Source: an uncultured Actinomycetes bacterium (GTDB lineage: Bacteria; Actinomycetota; Thermoleophilia; Gaiellales; JAICJC01). From it: a stretch of 64,000 nt of DNA. The first letter of the stretch is position 1; each line of letters begins with the position of its first letter. The translations under genes were made by a program, and so were the position numbers. Below, one piece after another: positions 9,014 through 20,224 of the stretch. The notes beneath the pieces are model-generated. The model was not told the DNA's origin, made no database searches, and was given only the letters and a program-made list of their open reading frames with translations. Location of the stretch: positions 62,010-126,009 of the forward strand of contig CAWGEC010000009.1 of assembly GCA_963821535.1 (NCBI GenBank). The letters run 5' to 3'.

Positions 9014-10266
9014 GCGCACCCCATCGCCAGGGCCGCGCGCAGGCCCGAGATGCACCCGTCCTCGTGGAACCCCCAGCCGTGGTAGGCGCCGCAGTAGTAC
9101 GTGCCGCGGTCGCCCTGGATCAGGGGCAGCTCGGCCTGCGCCGCGAGGCTCGCGTGCGTGTAGACCGGGTGCTCGTAGACCATGCGGCGCAGCTCCCGCC
9201 CGGGCTCGATCCGCGACGTCTGGTTCAGCGTCACGCAGTAGTCGAGCGGCTCGACCAGGGCCTGGAGCCGATTCAGGTGGTAGGTCACGTGCACGCTCGG
9301 CTGGCTCGTCGAGCAGGTGTCGAGCAGGTAGTTCCACGAGGCGCGGGCGCCGTGCGCGTGGGGGAGGAGAGAGCCGTCGGTGTGAAGGACGGTGTGGTTT
9401 CGCGAGTATGTCCACGCGCCCAGCACACGCCGCTCGGCCTCGCTCGCGTCGGCGAGCATCGCCAGGGCCTGGTCGGGATGGGCCGCGATCACGACCCGGT
9501 CGTGGCGGCGCTCGCCGTTCACCACGATGCCGTCGCGGGTGCGCTCGACCCGCTCGACCGGCGTCGATACGAGCACCCGGTCGAGCCGGCCCGCCACGGC
9601 CTCGACGTAGACGCGGCTCCCGCCGACGACGGTCTTCCACTGCGGGGAGTTGGTCACCGTCAGCATTCCGTGGTTGGCGAAGAACCGGATCAGGTAGCGG
9701 GCCGGGTACGCCCTGACCGTCGTCGGCGAGCTCGACCAGACGGCGCCCGTGAGCGGCAGCATGAAGTGGTTTGTGAAGTAGTCGGAGTAGCCGCCGTCGG
9801 CCAGGAACTGCTCGAGCGTCAGCCGGTCGGCGGCCGGATCGCGCAGGACGGCGCGCGCGTGGCGGTGGAAGCGCCTGACCTCGGCCAGCATCCGCAGGTA
9901 CCGCGGCCGGCCGAGCACGGAGACCCGCGGCATCACGCCCTGCATGCCGCGGGCGCCGGCGTACTCGAGGCCGCAGCCCTCGCATCGCACCGAGAAGCTC
10001 ATGTCGGACTCCTGGGTGCGCACGCCGAGATCTGCGAAGAGCCGCAGGAGCGTGGGGTAGGTGCGCTCGTTGTGGACGATGAAGCCGGTGTCGAGCGCGA
10101 CCTCCCGCCCGCCCTCGCCGCGGACGCCGATCGTGTTGGCATGGCCGCCCAGGCGCTCGTCGCGCTCGTACAGCGTCACCCGGTGGCGACGGCCGAGGAC
10201 GTGCGCGGCCGTGAGACCCGAGACGCCGCTTCCGATCACCGCGATGTCGAGCCCGTCGCCCATCAT
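9007..10266 (-). CDS. FAD-dependent oxidoreductase (amine oxidase-like, Rv0449c/UfaD type)
   Basis: IAVIGSGVSG, RLGGHANT, DTGFIVHNERTYP, ASWNY, GAYHGWGFHEDG. Confidence 0.92.
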   Translation of the reverse strand: MMGDGLDIAVIGSGVSGLTAAHVLGRRHRVTLYERDERLGGHANTIGVRGEGGREVALDTGFIVHNERTYPTLLRLFADLGVRTQESDMSFSVRCEGCGLEYAGARGMQGVMPRVSVLGRPRYLRMLAEVRRFHRHARAVLRDPAADRLTLEQFLADGGYSDYFTNHFMLPLTGAVWSSSPTTVRAYPARYLIRFFANHGMLTVTNSPQWKTVVGGSRVYVEAVAGRLDRVLVSTPVERVERTRDGIVVNGERRHDRVVIAAHPDQALAMLADASEAERRVLGAWTYSRNHTVLHTDGSLLPHAHGARASWNYLLDTCSTSQPSVHVTYHLNRLQALVEPLDYCVTLNQTSRIEPGRELRRMVYEHPVYTHASLAAQAELPLIQGDRGTYYCGAYHGWGFHEDGCISGLRAALAMGCAW

Positions 10267-10622
10267 GTCGCAAAGACCGCGGAGAAGGCGGCGAGCGTGC
10301 CCCAGCCGCCGGCGACGAGCGCCACCTTGCGGCGCGCCGCCGGCTCGGGCAGGAGCGTCCCGAACGCGGCGCAGTCGGTCAGGTCGAACGCGACCCGGGC
10401 GGCGAGCGCCGCGAGCAGGACGCCGCCGCTCGGGGCGAGGACGATGGCGATCCCCGACACGATGTCGCGGACGCCGACGACGGCCGACAGTAGCCTCACC
10501 GCCGACTCGCGCGACTCCCATCCCCGGTAGCCGCCGTGGCGGCCGATGACGCCGGGCATGGCGACGGCGCTGACGCCGTAGGCGGCGGTCAGGACTCCGA
10601 CGGCGCGCGGGATCCAGATCAT
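10263..10622 (-). CDS. Small integral membrane protein
   Basis: MIWIPRAVG..., about four hydrophobic helices, GVRD motif; coupled to both neighbours by 4-nt overlaps. Confidence 0.65.
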   Translation of the reverse strand: MIWIPRAVGVLTAAYGVSAVAMPGVIGRHGGYRGWESRESAVRLLSAVVGVRDIVSGIAIVLAPSGGVLLAALAARVAFDLTDCAAFGTLLPEPAARRKVALVAGGWGTLAAFSAVFAT

Positions 10623-11362
10623 CGCGAGATCCTGACCGCCTGGTCGGCCGGAAGGGCAAACGCGGCCGCGAGCTGGCCCTCGAGCGGGTGCAGGCCGAGC
10701 GTGCCGAGGGTGAGCCGGCGGGCGAGCGACTGCCATGTGGCCAGGCGCTGAAGCATCGTGTGGCCGGTGCCGCGGAGCTCGAACCGCGCGAGCCGCTCCG
10801 CGACCGGCTGGGCGTGCCGCGCGAACTCGAGCGACCGGGCCGGGTCGGTAATCCGGTCGCGGACGCCGTGGGCGATCACGATCGTGCGCCCGTGGAGCTG
10901 CTCCACGGGCTCGGCCGGCGGGCACCACGGGGCCAGCGCAACCACCGAGACGACCGACGGGTGGCCTGCAGCTCGGAGCGCCGCCCGGGCGCCCATCGAG
11001 TGTCCGAGGAGGCAGACCGGCACGTCGTAGCGCTCGGCGACGCGGTCGAGCGCCCACTCGACGTCGGCGACCGGGTCGCCCTCGTTGTAGCCGACCAGCC
11101 GGTACCGCAGCTGCGTCGACGCCAGGCCGAGGCGCCGCCCGCTGCGGGCGAGGTCGAGCAGGAACGGCAGCATTCGCAGCGCCGGCGATCGCAGGTTGGA
11201 GTCGGGCGCGGTGCTCTGCGACTTGCCCCCGTGGGCGATGACGACGGCGGCGCGCGGCGCACCGCGCGGCCCGACGGTGAGGAGGGACGGTGTGTGGGCG
11301 GCGCCCGGCACGGTGCGGGCGATGCTACTGGCCGGCCGGGCCGCGCGGGTGGTCGGAGACAT
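10619..11362 (-). CDS. Alpha/beta hydrolase
   Basis: AHGG, GHSMG nucleophile elbow, AHGVRDRIT, GH. Confidence 0.85.
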   Translation of the reverse strand: MSPTTRAARPASSIARTVPGAAHTPSLLTVGPRGAPRAAVVIAHGGKSQSTAPDSNLRSPALRMLPFLLDLARSGRRLGLASTQLRYRLVGYNEGDPVADVEWALDRVAERYDVPVCLLGHSMGARAALRAAGHPSVVSVVALAPWCPPAEPVEQLHGRTIVIAHGVRDRITDPARSLEFARHAQPVAERLARFELRGTGHTMLQRLATWQSLARRLTLGTLGLHPLEGQLAAAFALPADQAVRISR

Positions 11363-11488
11363 CTCCCGGCATTCGCCGCGCGCGCCGCCCCGGTTCGGCG
11401 CAGATCCTGTGACACATCGCGCGACGAGGAGCGAGTGAGCTACAGTCGGCGCGTGGTTATGGGCGGCGTTGTGGCGGGAGCTGCGGCG

Positions 11489-12214
11489 ATGCAGGCTGTT
11501 GCGGCGGAGCACGACGTGCTCGAGCAGCACCTGCGCGGCGTGCCCGGCTGGCTGTCCGATGAGGAAGCGACGGCGCTCTACGAGCTCGCCAAGGGGTGCA
11601 CGGGCCGGGGGGTCATCGTCGAGATCGGGTCGTTCAAGGGCCGTTCGACGATCTGCCTCGGGCTCGGGTCGCAGGCCGGGCACGGCGTCCCGATCTACGC
11701 GATCGATCCCGGCCACGGCTGGAAGCGGTTCGCCGAGTTCCAGGCGAACATCCGGCGCGCCGGCATCGAGGAGCTCGTGAGGCCGATCGCCGCCATGTCG
11801 GCCGATGCCTACCCGGACTTCCCCGAGCCGGCGATCGAGCTCCTGTTCATCGACGGCTCGCATCGATACGACCTGGTCGACCTCGACTTCCACCTGTGGA
11901 CCCGCAAGCTCGTCGACGGCGGCATGCTGGCCATGCACGACACGAGCGCGTACTTCCCCGGCTCCTGCCGCGTCGCCGAGGAGCAGATGTACAAGGGGTC
12001 GCACTACCGGCGCGTGCGCTTCATCTACAGCTCGATGACCGTCGGCCAGAAGGTGCGGCGCGTCACGGTCGCCGAGCGCGCGGCGAACCGGGCGTCGCTC
12101 CTCATCAAGCGCTCGTTCGACGTTGCCGTCCGCGTGCGCGAGCGGATCCCCGACCCGGTCAAGCGGACGGGCCGGCGCGGCCTGCGCGCGATCCAGCGCC
12201 GGCCGGGCGGGTAG
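11489..12214 (+). CDS. Class I SAM-dependent methyltransferase (Methyltransf_24-like)
   Basis: VPGWLS, VEIGSFKGRST, LLFIDGSHRY, AMHD. Confidence 0.85.
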   Translation: MQAVAAEHDVLEQHLRGVPGWLSDEEATALYELAKGCTGRGVIVEIGSFKGRSTICLGLGSQAGHGVPIYAIDPGHGWKRFAEFQANIRRAGIEELVRPIAAMSADAYPDFPEPAIELLFIDGSHRYDLVDLDFHLWTRKLVDGGMLAMHDTSAYFPGSCRVAEEQMYKGSHYRRVRFIYSSMTVGQKVRRVTVAERAANRASLLIKRSFDVAVRVRERIPDPVKRTGRRGLRAIQRRPGG

Positions 12215-12229
12215 CCGCCCGACACCGCG

Positions 12230-13651
12230 TCACGCAGGGGCGAAGCGCAGCGACCGCCCCACCGGGTCGGCGCCCACGAGCCGCACGGCGAGCGTCGTCC
12301 CGGGATCGATGCGCCCGTCGCTGCGCAGGCGGGCCCGGATCGGCGGCTCGGCGATCTGGAGCCGGGCGCCGCGGGCGTCGTGCTCGACGACGACGGCATC
12401 GAACCGCTCGCCGACCCGGTGCTCGAGGAGCCGGGCCTCGAGGTCGTCGATGATCGCCCGCTCGACCTGTCCGGCGCGGGACTCGGCCTCCTCCATCCGG
12501 TCCGGAAGCCGCATGAGCGCGGCGACCGCATCGGCATCCGGCGAGGCTCCCGACTCGAGCTGCACGAGCAGGTCGAGGACATAGCGGTCGGCCAGCCGCC
12601 GCAGCGGCGCCGTCGTGTGCGCGTAGGACGTCGCGAGGCCGGCGTGCACGTGCGCCTCCGGCACCTCGCCGGAGAAGGCGACGTACCCCGCCCGGCCCAT
12701 GACGCCGCGCGCCTGCTCGAGCAGGGCGGCATGCGGCGGATCGGCGGGGCGAAGGCCGCGCGCGAACTCCTCGTAGCCGGTCTCGGCCGGCCAGCTCACG
12801 CCGAGCGCCGCGGCCGCGTGCCTGAGGACACCGACGCGGTACGGGTCGGCGCCTCCCATGGTCCGCAGCAGGCCGACCCGGTGGCGCAGCATGACGGCCG
12901 CCGCCACAGCACCTGCCAGGAGCGAGATCTCGGCGTTCCAGTCCTCCGAGGGCAGGCGTGACTCCCACTCCAGCCGGTAGCCGCACGGCGAGCCGGAATC
13001 GGGGACGACTCGCTGCTCGGGTGCGTCCAGGACCACGGCGCCGCGGGCGCTCGCCAGGGCGATGCGGCGCTCGGCGATCTCGCGGAGGATCGTCTCGCGC
13101 TCCCCGCCGAGATGCGCGTAGTCGAGGCGCTCGCGGCTCCGGACGAGCGCGCGCCCGACCGACGCGGAGGTCTCCCGCCCGGCATCGTCCAGCTCGACCG
13201 TGAAGACGATCGCCGGCCGGTCCTCGTCGGGGAGCAGGCTTGCGGCGCCCTCTCCAAGGGCGCGCGGGTAGAGCGGGCAGCGGACGTCCGGCGTGTAGAC
13301 GGTGACGCCCCGGAGCCACGCCTCCGCCTCGATCGGCCCTCCCCGGTCGACGAACTGGGCGACGTCGGCGATCGCATAACGGACGCAGTACCCGCCGCCC
13401 GCCGTCCGCTCGAGCAGCATCGCCTGGTCGAGGTCCATGCTGCCCGGTGGATCGACCGTGAAGAAGGCCAGCTCGCGCAGGTCGGCGCGGCCGTCGCCGG
13501 CGACCCGACGCTCGGCCGCCGCCTGGGCGGCCTCCTCGACGGCCTCCGGGAATTCGGGGTGGACATCGAACTGCTCGCGGATGCGAGCGAAGTCCTCGGC
13601 GAGCGGGCTCGGCGGCGCCTCCGCCAGCCGGACGCGGCGGTGCGGCGTCAA
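12230..13651 (-). CDS. RNB-domain ribonuclease (RNase II/R family)
   Basis: TVDPPGSMDLDQA catalytic motif; YAHTTAPLRRLADRY. Confidence 0.9.
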   Translation of the reverse strand: MTPHRRVRLAEAPPSPLAEDFARIREQFDVHPEFPEAVEEAAQAAAERRVAGDGRADLRELAFFTVDPPGSMDLDQAMLLERTAGGGYCVRYAIADVAQFVDRGGPIEAEAWLRGVTVYTPDVRCPLYPRALGEGAASLLPDEDRPAIVFTVELDDAGRETSASVGRALVRSRERLDYAHLGGERETILREIAERRIALASARGAVVLDAPEQRVVPDSGSPCGYRLEWESRLPSEDWNAEISLLAGAVAAAVMLRHRVGLLRTMGGADPYRVGVLRHAAAALGVSWPAETGYEEFARGLRPADPPHAALLEQARGVMGRAGYVAFSGEVPEAHVHAGLATSYAHTTAPLRRLADRYVLDLLVQLESGASPDADAVAALMRLPDRMEEAESRAGQVERAIIDDLEARLLEHRVGERFDAVVVEHDARGARLQIAEPPIRARLRSDGRIDPGTTLAVRLVGADPVGRSLRFAPA

Positions 13652-13656
13652 GCGGA

Positions 13657-13694
13657 AACCCCATGGGGCCAGGCCCCGTTCGGGGCCAGGCCCC
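13657..13694. repeat. REP family A element (reverse orientation)
   Basis: AACCCCATGGGGCCAGGCCCC-GTTC-GGGGCCAGGCCCC, matching copies at 21820, 28607, 38207, 50941 and 51079. Confidence 0.8.
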
Positions 13695-13819
13695 GACGGT
13701 CTTGCATGAGGGCCGACACTGGTGCCGGGGCAGTTTGCCTTAGATCGCCCGCCAACGGTCGTGGCTCCGGCGAAGACCGCGCTCTTCGCCGGAGCGCGGC
13801 AAACGACGCGCCAGCCCTT

Positions 13820-13859
13820 AAGGAGGGGGCTCGCGGGGGAACCCTGGGTTCCCCCGCGC
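13820..13859. repeat. GC-rich hairpin (REP-like or terminator) after ilvC
   Basis: CGCGGGGGAACC-CTG-GGTTCCCCCGCG inverted repeat. Confidence 0.55.
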
Positions 13860-14882
<1,023 letters not shown>

Positions 14883-15395
14883 TTAGGCCACCACCCTCAT
14901 TCGCTTTCGTTTGTTGACCTCGCCGTCGCGGTCGAGCCCGATCCGGCCGGTGCGCACCAGCTCGCGGATGCCGTACGGCGAGAGGAGCTCCTCGAGCGCC
15001 TCCAGCCGGTCCGGCGGGCCGACGCAGGCGAACGTCACCGCCGCCGGCCCCACGTCGACGACCCGGGCCTCGAACACCTCCGCCAGGCTGATGATCTCGG
15101 GCCTCCGCTCGGGCGTCGACGACACCTTCACCATCAGGAGCTCGAGCTCCACCGCGCTCTCGCCGAGCTCGGACACCTTGAGCACGTCGACGAGCTTGTA
15201 GAGCTGCTTCGTCACCTGGTCGATCGATTGCTGCGCGCAGTCCACGCGGATCGTGATCCGGCTGCGCGCGGCGTCGTCGGTCGGCCCGACGGCGAGCGAG
15301 TCGATGTTGAAGCCGCGCCGGGCGAAGAGGCCCGCGCAGCGCGTGAGGACGCCGGGGCGGTTCTCGACAAGAACCGAGAGAGTATGGACGCTCAT
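14883..15395 (-). CDS. ilvN: Acetolactate synthase small subunit
   Basis: LSVLVENRPGVL, ARRGFNIDSLAVG, ELVRTG. Confidence 0.96.
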   Translation of the reverse strand: MSVHTLSVLVENRPGVLTRCAGLFARRGFNIDSLAVGPTDDAARSRITIRVDCAQQSIDQVTKQLYKLVDVLKVSELGESAVELELLMVKVSSTPERRPEIISLAEVFEARVVDVGPAAVTFACVGPPDRLEALEELLSPYGIRELVRTGRIGLDRDGEVNKRKRMRVVA

Positions 15396-15522
15396 CGGGT
15401 TCGCTCCAGTGTGGTTCGCAAGGGTTCTCGCCCTCGATCCGAAGGGGCGGACGAAACGGGACGGCTGGGGGGTGCCAGGATAAATCCTGGCACCTGTGTG
15501 ACCACCGCCATCGAGGCGCCGG

Positions 15523-17271
15523 TCACACGCCCTCCTCGACCCACTGGTTGTCGTCCTCGGCCCACTCCACGTCGAGCATCTCGGCCGACGGAGCCCCCGC
15601 GGGGACCATCGGGTACACCTTCTCCTCGCGGTCGACCCGGGCGTCGATCACGGCCGGCCCGCCGCACTCCAGCGCACCGATGATGGCCTCGTCGACCTCG
15701 TCGATCGTCTCGCACCGGAAGGCGGCGATGCCGAACGCCTCGGCGAGCTTCACGTAGTCGGGCATGTCGACCGACAGGTCGGTCTCGGAGAAGCGCTCGT
15801 CGTGGAAGAGCTCCTGCCACTGGCGCACCATGCCCAGCCAGCCGTTGTTCACCACCACGTGGATCGCGCCGATCCCGTACATGCGCGCCGTTGCGAGCTC
15901 CTGCATCGTCATCTGGAAGCAGCCGTCGCCGTCGATGTTGATGACGGTCGCCTCGGGGCGGCCGACCTTGGCGCCGATCGCCGCGGGCACGCCGTAGCCC
16001 ATCGTGCCCAGGCCGCCCGACGTCAACCACCGCCGCGGCTTGTCGATCTGGAGGTACTGCGCGGCCCACATCTGGTGCTGGCCGACGCCGGTCGCCCAGA
16101 TCACGTCGCGGTCGGCGGTCAGGTCGCGCAGCCGCTCGATCACGAACTCCGGCTTGAGCGGCTCGGTGTTTCGGTAGCGGAACGGGTTCTCGGACTTCCA
16201 TCCGCGGACGGTGTCGAGCCACTCGGCCGCCTTCGGCCGGCCGCCGTTCATGCGCGAGCTGAGCGCCTCGGCGAGCTTGGGAATGATCAGCTCCAGCGAC
16301 CCGACGATCGGGATCTCGGCGTGCCGGTTCTTGTCGATCTCGGCCGGGTCGACGTCCATGTGGATCACCTTGGCGCCGGGCGCGAACACGTCGAGCCTCC
16401 CGGTGACGCGGTCGTCGAACCGCGACCCGCAGGCGATCAGGAGGTCGGCCCGGTTCATCGCCCAGTTGGCGGCCTTCGACCCGTGCATGCCCGGGAGGCC
16501 GATGCAGAGCGGGTGCGAGTCGGGGAAGACGCCCTTCGCCATGAGGGTCGTGATGACGGGCATCTGGACGGCCTCGGCCACGCGGATCAGGTCGGCCGGG
16601 TCGACGTTCGCCGACACGGCGCCGCCGCCGACGTAGAACACCGGCCGCTCGGCGGCGAGGATCGCCTCGGCGGCCGAGATCACCTGGCGCGGATGCCCGT
16701 GCTTCGACGGCTTGTAGCCGGGGATGTCGACCTGCTTCGGATACTCGAAGTCGAACGACGCGAGCTGGATGTCCTTCGGGATGTCGACGAGCACCGGCCC
16801 GGGCCGGCCGCTTCGCGCGATGTGGAACGCCTCCTTCATCACGCGCGGGATGTCGCGGACGTCCTTCACGAGCCAGGAGTGCTTCACGATCGGCATGGTG
16901 ATGCCCTGGATGTCGGCCTCCTGGAAGGCGTCCGTCCCGATGAGGTGCGTCGGCACCTGGCCGGTGATGCACACGATCGGCGTCGAGTCGAGGTAGGCGT
17001 CGGCGATCGGGGTCACGAGGTTGGTGGCGCCCGGGCCGGACGTCGCGATCGCGACGCCGACCTTGCCCGTCGCGCGTGCGTAGCCCTGGGCCATGTGGCC
17101 GGCGCCCTGCTCGTGCCGCGAAAGGTAATGGCGGATCCCGTGCTCGAAGTGCGCCCACGCGTCGTAGAGCGGGAGGATCGCCCCGCCGGGGAGGCCGAAC
17201 ACGTCGGTCACGCCCTCGGCTTCGAGGCAGCGGATGATCGCTTCGGCGCCGGTGATCCTCTGCCTATCCAC
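15523..17271 (-). CDS. ilvB: Acetolactate synthase large subunit
   Basis: FGLPGGAILP, RHEQGA, TSGPGATN, SGGLGTMG, DGDG...NN ThDP motif. Confidence 0.97.
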   Translation of the reverse strand: MDRQRITGAEAIIRCLEAEGVTDVFGLPGGAILPLYDAWAHFEHGIRHYLSRHEQGAGHMAQGYARATGKVGVAIATSGPGATNLVTPIADAYLDSTPIVCITGQVPTHLIGTDAFQEADIQGITMPIVKHSWLVKDVRDIPRVMKEAFHIARSGRPGPVLVDIPKDIQLASFDFEYPKQVDIPGYKPSKHGHPRQVISAAEAILAAERPVFYVGGGAVSANVDPADLIRVAEAVQMPVITTLMAKGVFPDSHPLCIGLPGMHGSKAANWAMNRADLLIACGSRFDDRVTGRLDVFAPGAKVIHMDVDPAEIDKNRHAEIPIVGSLELIIPKLAEALSSRMNGGRPKAAEWLDTVRGWKSENPFRYRNTEPLKPEFVIERLRDLTADRDVIWATGVGQHQMWAAQYLQIDKPRRWLTSGGLGTMGYGVPAAIGAKVGRPEATVINIDGDGCFQMTMQELATARMYGIGAIHVVVNNGWLGMVRQWQELFHDERFSETDLSVDMPDYVKLAEAFGIAAFRCETIDEVDEAIIGALECGGPAVIDARVDREEKVYPMVPAGAPSAEMLDVEWAEDDNQWVEEGV

Positions 17272-18349
17272 TGGCCACCACCCTATCGAAAGGGTGGTCG
17301 GCGAACTCCGCTGACCCGCTGGCGTGGTGGGCGAGCGCGTCGCAGACCGCCTGCCCCACCTCCCAGGTGGCATAGGCCCGGCCGCCGTGCACCTGGTCGG
17401 CGGTCGCGAGGCCCTCGGCCAGCACCTCGTCCACGGCCGCGCCGATCGCCCGGCCGACGTCACGGCGGCCGAGACCGTACGTGAACATCATCGCCACCGA
17501 GAGGATCATGGCGATCGGGTTGGCCTCGCCCTGGCCGGCGATGTCGGGCGCCGAGCCGTGCACGGGCTCGAAGATCCCCGGCCCGTCGGCGCCGATCGAC
17601 GCCGAGGGGGCGAGGCCCAGGCCGCCGCCCACCGCCGCGGCCAGGTCGCTCAGGATGTCGCCGAACAGGTTCTCGGTCAGGATCACGTCGTAGCGGCCCG
17701 GCCGGGTCGCCAGGTTCATCGCGAACGAGTCGACCAGCTCGTGCGTCAGCTCCAGCTCCGGGGCCTCGGCGGCGTGGAGCTCGGTCACGACCTGGCGCCA
17801 GAGCTGGGACGTGGCCAGCACGTTAGCCTTGTCCACCGAGACAACGCGGCCGCCGCGGCGCTTGGCGAGCCGGAACGCCCACCGCGCGACGCGCTCGATC
17901 TGCCCGCGCGAGTAGCTGCACGTGTCGAAGGCGCTGTCGTCGGTCAGCACCTTCTCGCCGAAGTAGAGGCCGCCGGTCAGCTCGCGCACGACGATCAGGT
18001 CGATGCCGTCGTGGCGCACCGGGCGCAGGTTGGCGTACGTGTCGAGCTCCTTGCGCAGCTCCAGCAGGCCGGTCTCGGGCCGGCGCGGCGAGGACTCCCA
18101 TCGCGGCCCGCCGACGGCTCCCAGGAGCACGGCGTCCGAGGCCTTGACGGCCGCCCGCACATGGGCGGGGAAGGGGTGCTGGTGCTTGTCGATCGCGTCT
18201 CCGCCGAACGGCAGGTGCACCTGGCGCACCCGTGCGCCCATGAGCGACGACACCGCCTCGATCACGCGGCCGGCCTCGGCCATCACCTCGGGCCCGATGC
18301 CGTCGCCGGCGAGACAGGCGACGATGGGGATGGGACGGGGTTCGGTCAT
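17264..18349 (-). CDS. leuB: 3-isopropylmalate dehydrogenase
   Basis: GDGIGPEV, VRELTGGLYFG, DKANV, NLFGDILSD, FEPVHGSAPDIAG. Confidence 0.95.
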   Translation of the reverse strand: MTEPRPIPIVACLAGDGIGPEVMAEAGRVIEAVSSLMGARVRQVHLPFGGDAIDKHQHPFPAHVRAAVKASDAVLLGAVGGPRWESSPRRPETGLLELRKELDTYANLRPVRHDGIDLIVVRELTGGLYFGEKVLTDDSAFDTCSYSRGQIERVARWAFRLAKRRGGRVVSVDKANVLATSQLWRQVVTELHAAEAPELELTHELVDSFAMNLATRPGRYDVILTENLFGDILSDLAAAVGGGLGLAPSASIGADGPGIFEPVHGSAPDIAGQGEANPIAMILSVAMMFTYGLGRRDVGRAIGAAVDEVLAEGLATADQVHGGRAYATWEVGQAVCDALAHHASGSAEFADHPFDRVVASG

Positions 18350-19898
18350 CAGACTCCGATCAGCTCCTTGTCCTGGTCGGCCTCGATCGCGAGCTTGGCA
18401 TGCGCGCATGCTCGCAGGTATGCCTCGGCCGATGCCTCGGTGATGTCGGTCGACACGGCCTGGCCGGAGAACGTCCGTCCGTCGGCCTCGACGACGACCC
18501 GCACCTCTCCCAGCGCATCCGCACCGCCCGTCACCGCGCCGATGCTGTACTCGGCGAGCACGACCGGCACCTCGAGCAGGCGCGTGATGGCGGTGAAGGC
18601 CGCGTCCACCGGCCCGTCGCCCACGGCCGACTCGGTCCGCTCACCGAAGCCGTTCCGCACAGTCACCTCGGCCTGCGCGGGCTCGCCCGTGCGGGTGGTG
18701 ATCGCCAGCGTGACGAGTTGGTAGGGGTCCTCCCGCTCGCGGAGCGAGTCCGACGCGATCGCCTCGAGGTCGAGCGAGGTGATCTTGCCCTTGCCGGTCG
18801 GCGAGCTCCTTGAACCGGTCGAAGGCCCGGCGCAGGTCATCGCCCTCGATCGTGAAGCCCAGGTCGGCGAACGCCTGGCGGAGCGCGTGGCGGCCGGAGT
18901 GCTTCCCGAGGACGATGTCGGAGCCGGTCAGCCCGACCGACTCGGCATCCATGATCTCGTAGGTGCGCCGATGCGCCAGCACGCCGTGCTGATGGATCCC
19001 GGCCTCGTGCGCGAAGGCATTGCGCCCGACGATCGCCTTGTTCGGCTGGACGACATATCCGGTGAGGCGTGACACAAGCCGCGACGTCCGGACGATCTCG
19101 TTCGGTGACGATGCTCGTGTCGATGCCGAAGCGCGGCTTGCGGGTGCGCAGAAGCATCACGATCTCCTCGAGCGAGGCGTTGCCCGCTCGTTCACCGATA
19201 CCGTTTATCGTGCATTCGATCTGACGCGCGCCGGCCGCGACGCCGGCCATGGAGTTTGCGACCGCCAGCCCCAGATCGTTGTGACAGTGCACCGAGAGCG
19301 TCACGCCGTCGATCTCGGGAACCCGTTCGCGCAATCCCGTCAGGATCTCGACGTACTCCTCCGGGACCGTGTAGCCAACGGTGTCGGGAATGTTAATCGT
19401 CGTTGCCCCGGCGGCAATCGCGGTGCGCACTACCTGCGCCATGAATTCGATGTCAGTTCTAGTTGCGTCTTCGCACGAGAACTCGACGTCCGAGCAGAAG
19501 CCCTTCGCCTTTCGAACAGCGGAGTCGGTCGCCGCGATGACCTCGTCCCGGTTCATCCGCAGCTTGTGCTCCATGTGGATATCGGATGTGGCGATGAACG
19601 TATGGATGCGGGGGTTGCGCGCGTCGGACAGCGACTCGATCGCCGCGTCGATGTCCTCCTCGTTGGTGCGGGCGAGCGATGCCACGACGCACTCGACGGC
19701 CCGGCTCACGGCCCGGATGCCGTCCCGCTCGCCGGGCGACGAGATCGCGAAGCCGGCCTCGATGATGTCGACGCCCAGCCGGTCGAGCTGGCGGGCGATC
19801 TCGATCTTCTCCTGCGCGTTCAGCGCGATGCCGGGCGACTGCTCGCCGTCCCTGAGCGTCGTGTCGAAGATACGGACGGTGTCCGTTTCTGAAGCCAT
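18349..19898 (-). CDS. leuA: 2-isopropylmalate synthase (frameshifts near 19100 and 18800)
   Basis: [44 protein letters not shown], regulatory domain GDGPVDA. Confidence 0.93.
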
Positions 19899-19995
19899 GT
19901 CGTGGAACCTCCTTGGCCGGGGGAGAGCGCACCTCTCCCGTCGTGTGCGGGGTGCGTGTGCGCCGGAGTGCGGCGCGTAGGCCAAGAAGCTCGCC
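19899..19995 (-). promoter_or_regulatory. LEU-element-like translational attenuator sequestering the leuA RBS
   Basis: CTTCTTGGCC (19989-19980) pairs with GGCCAAGGAG (19918-19909), which covers the SD; internal GGGAGAG/CTCTCCC hairpin. Confidence 0.7.
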
Positions 19996-20112
19996 CTACC
20001 GGGCGAGAAGGAGGAGGCCGAGAAGGTCGAGGGAGATCGGCGGCAGCCCGACAGGACGCCCGCTCAACGTGGAGCGGGCGAAGATCCTCTCTGGGCGGGC
20101 GGTGCTCGACAT
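19996..20112 (-). CDS. Leu-rich leader peptide of the leu/ilv operon (38 aa)
   Basis: [38 protein letters not shown]; 7 Leu in the last 11 codons. Confidence 0.75.
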   Translation of the reverse strand: MSSTARPERIFARSTLSGRPVGLPPISLDLLGLLLLAR

Positions 20113-20121
20113 GCGGGTCAC

Positions 20122-20150
20122 AGCATAGGGGGTCGGGAAGGCCGCGTCAA
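20122..20150 (-). promoter_or_regulatory. SigA-type promoter TTGACG-N17-TATGCT for the leader and leu operon
   Basis: Near-consensus boxes; -10 ends 9 nt upstream of the leader ATG. Confidence 0.75.
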
Positions 20151-20224
20151 ACCCCTTCCGCAGGCGGCCGGGGTGTCGTGTATAACTTTGCGCGTATCGC
20201 CCAACTACAAGAGGTGACGTCACA

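Noticed and set aside
19080-19620. Slightly AT-richer codon usage inside leuA as evidence of horizontal transfer
   Set aside because: The protein is continuous and well conserved, with no boundary features; cannot be supported without computation
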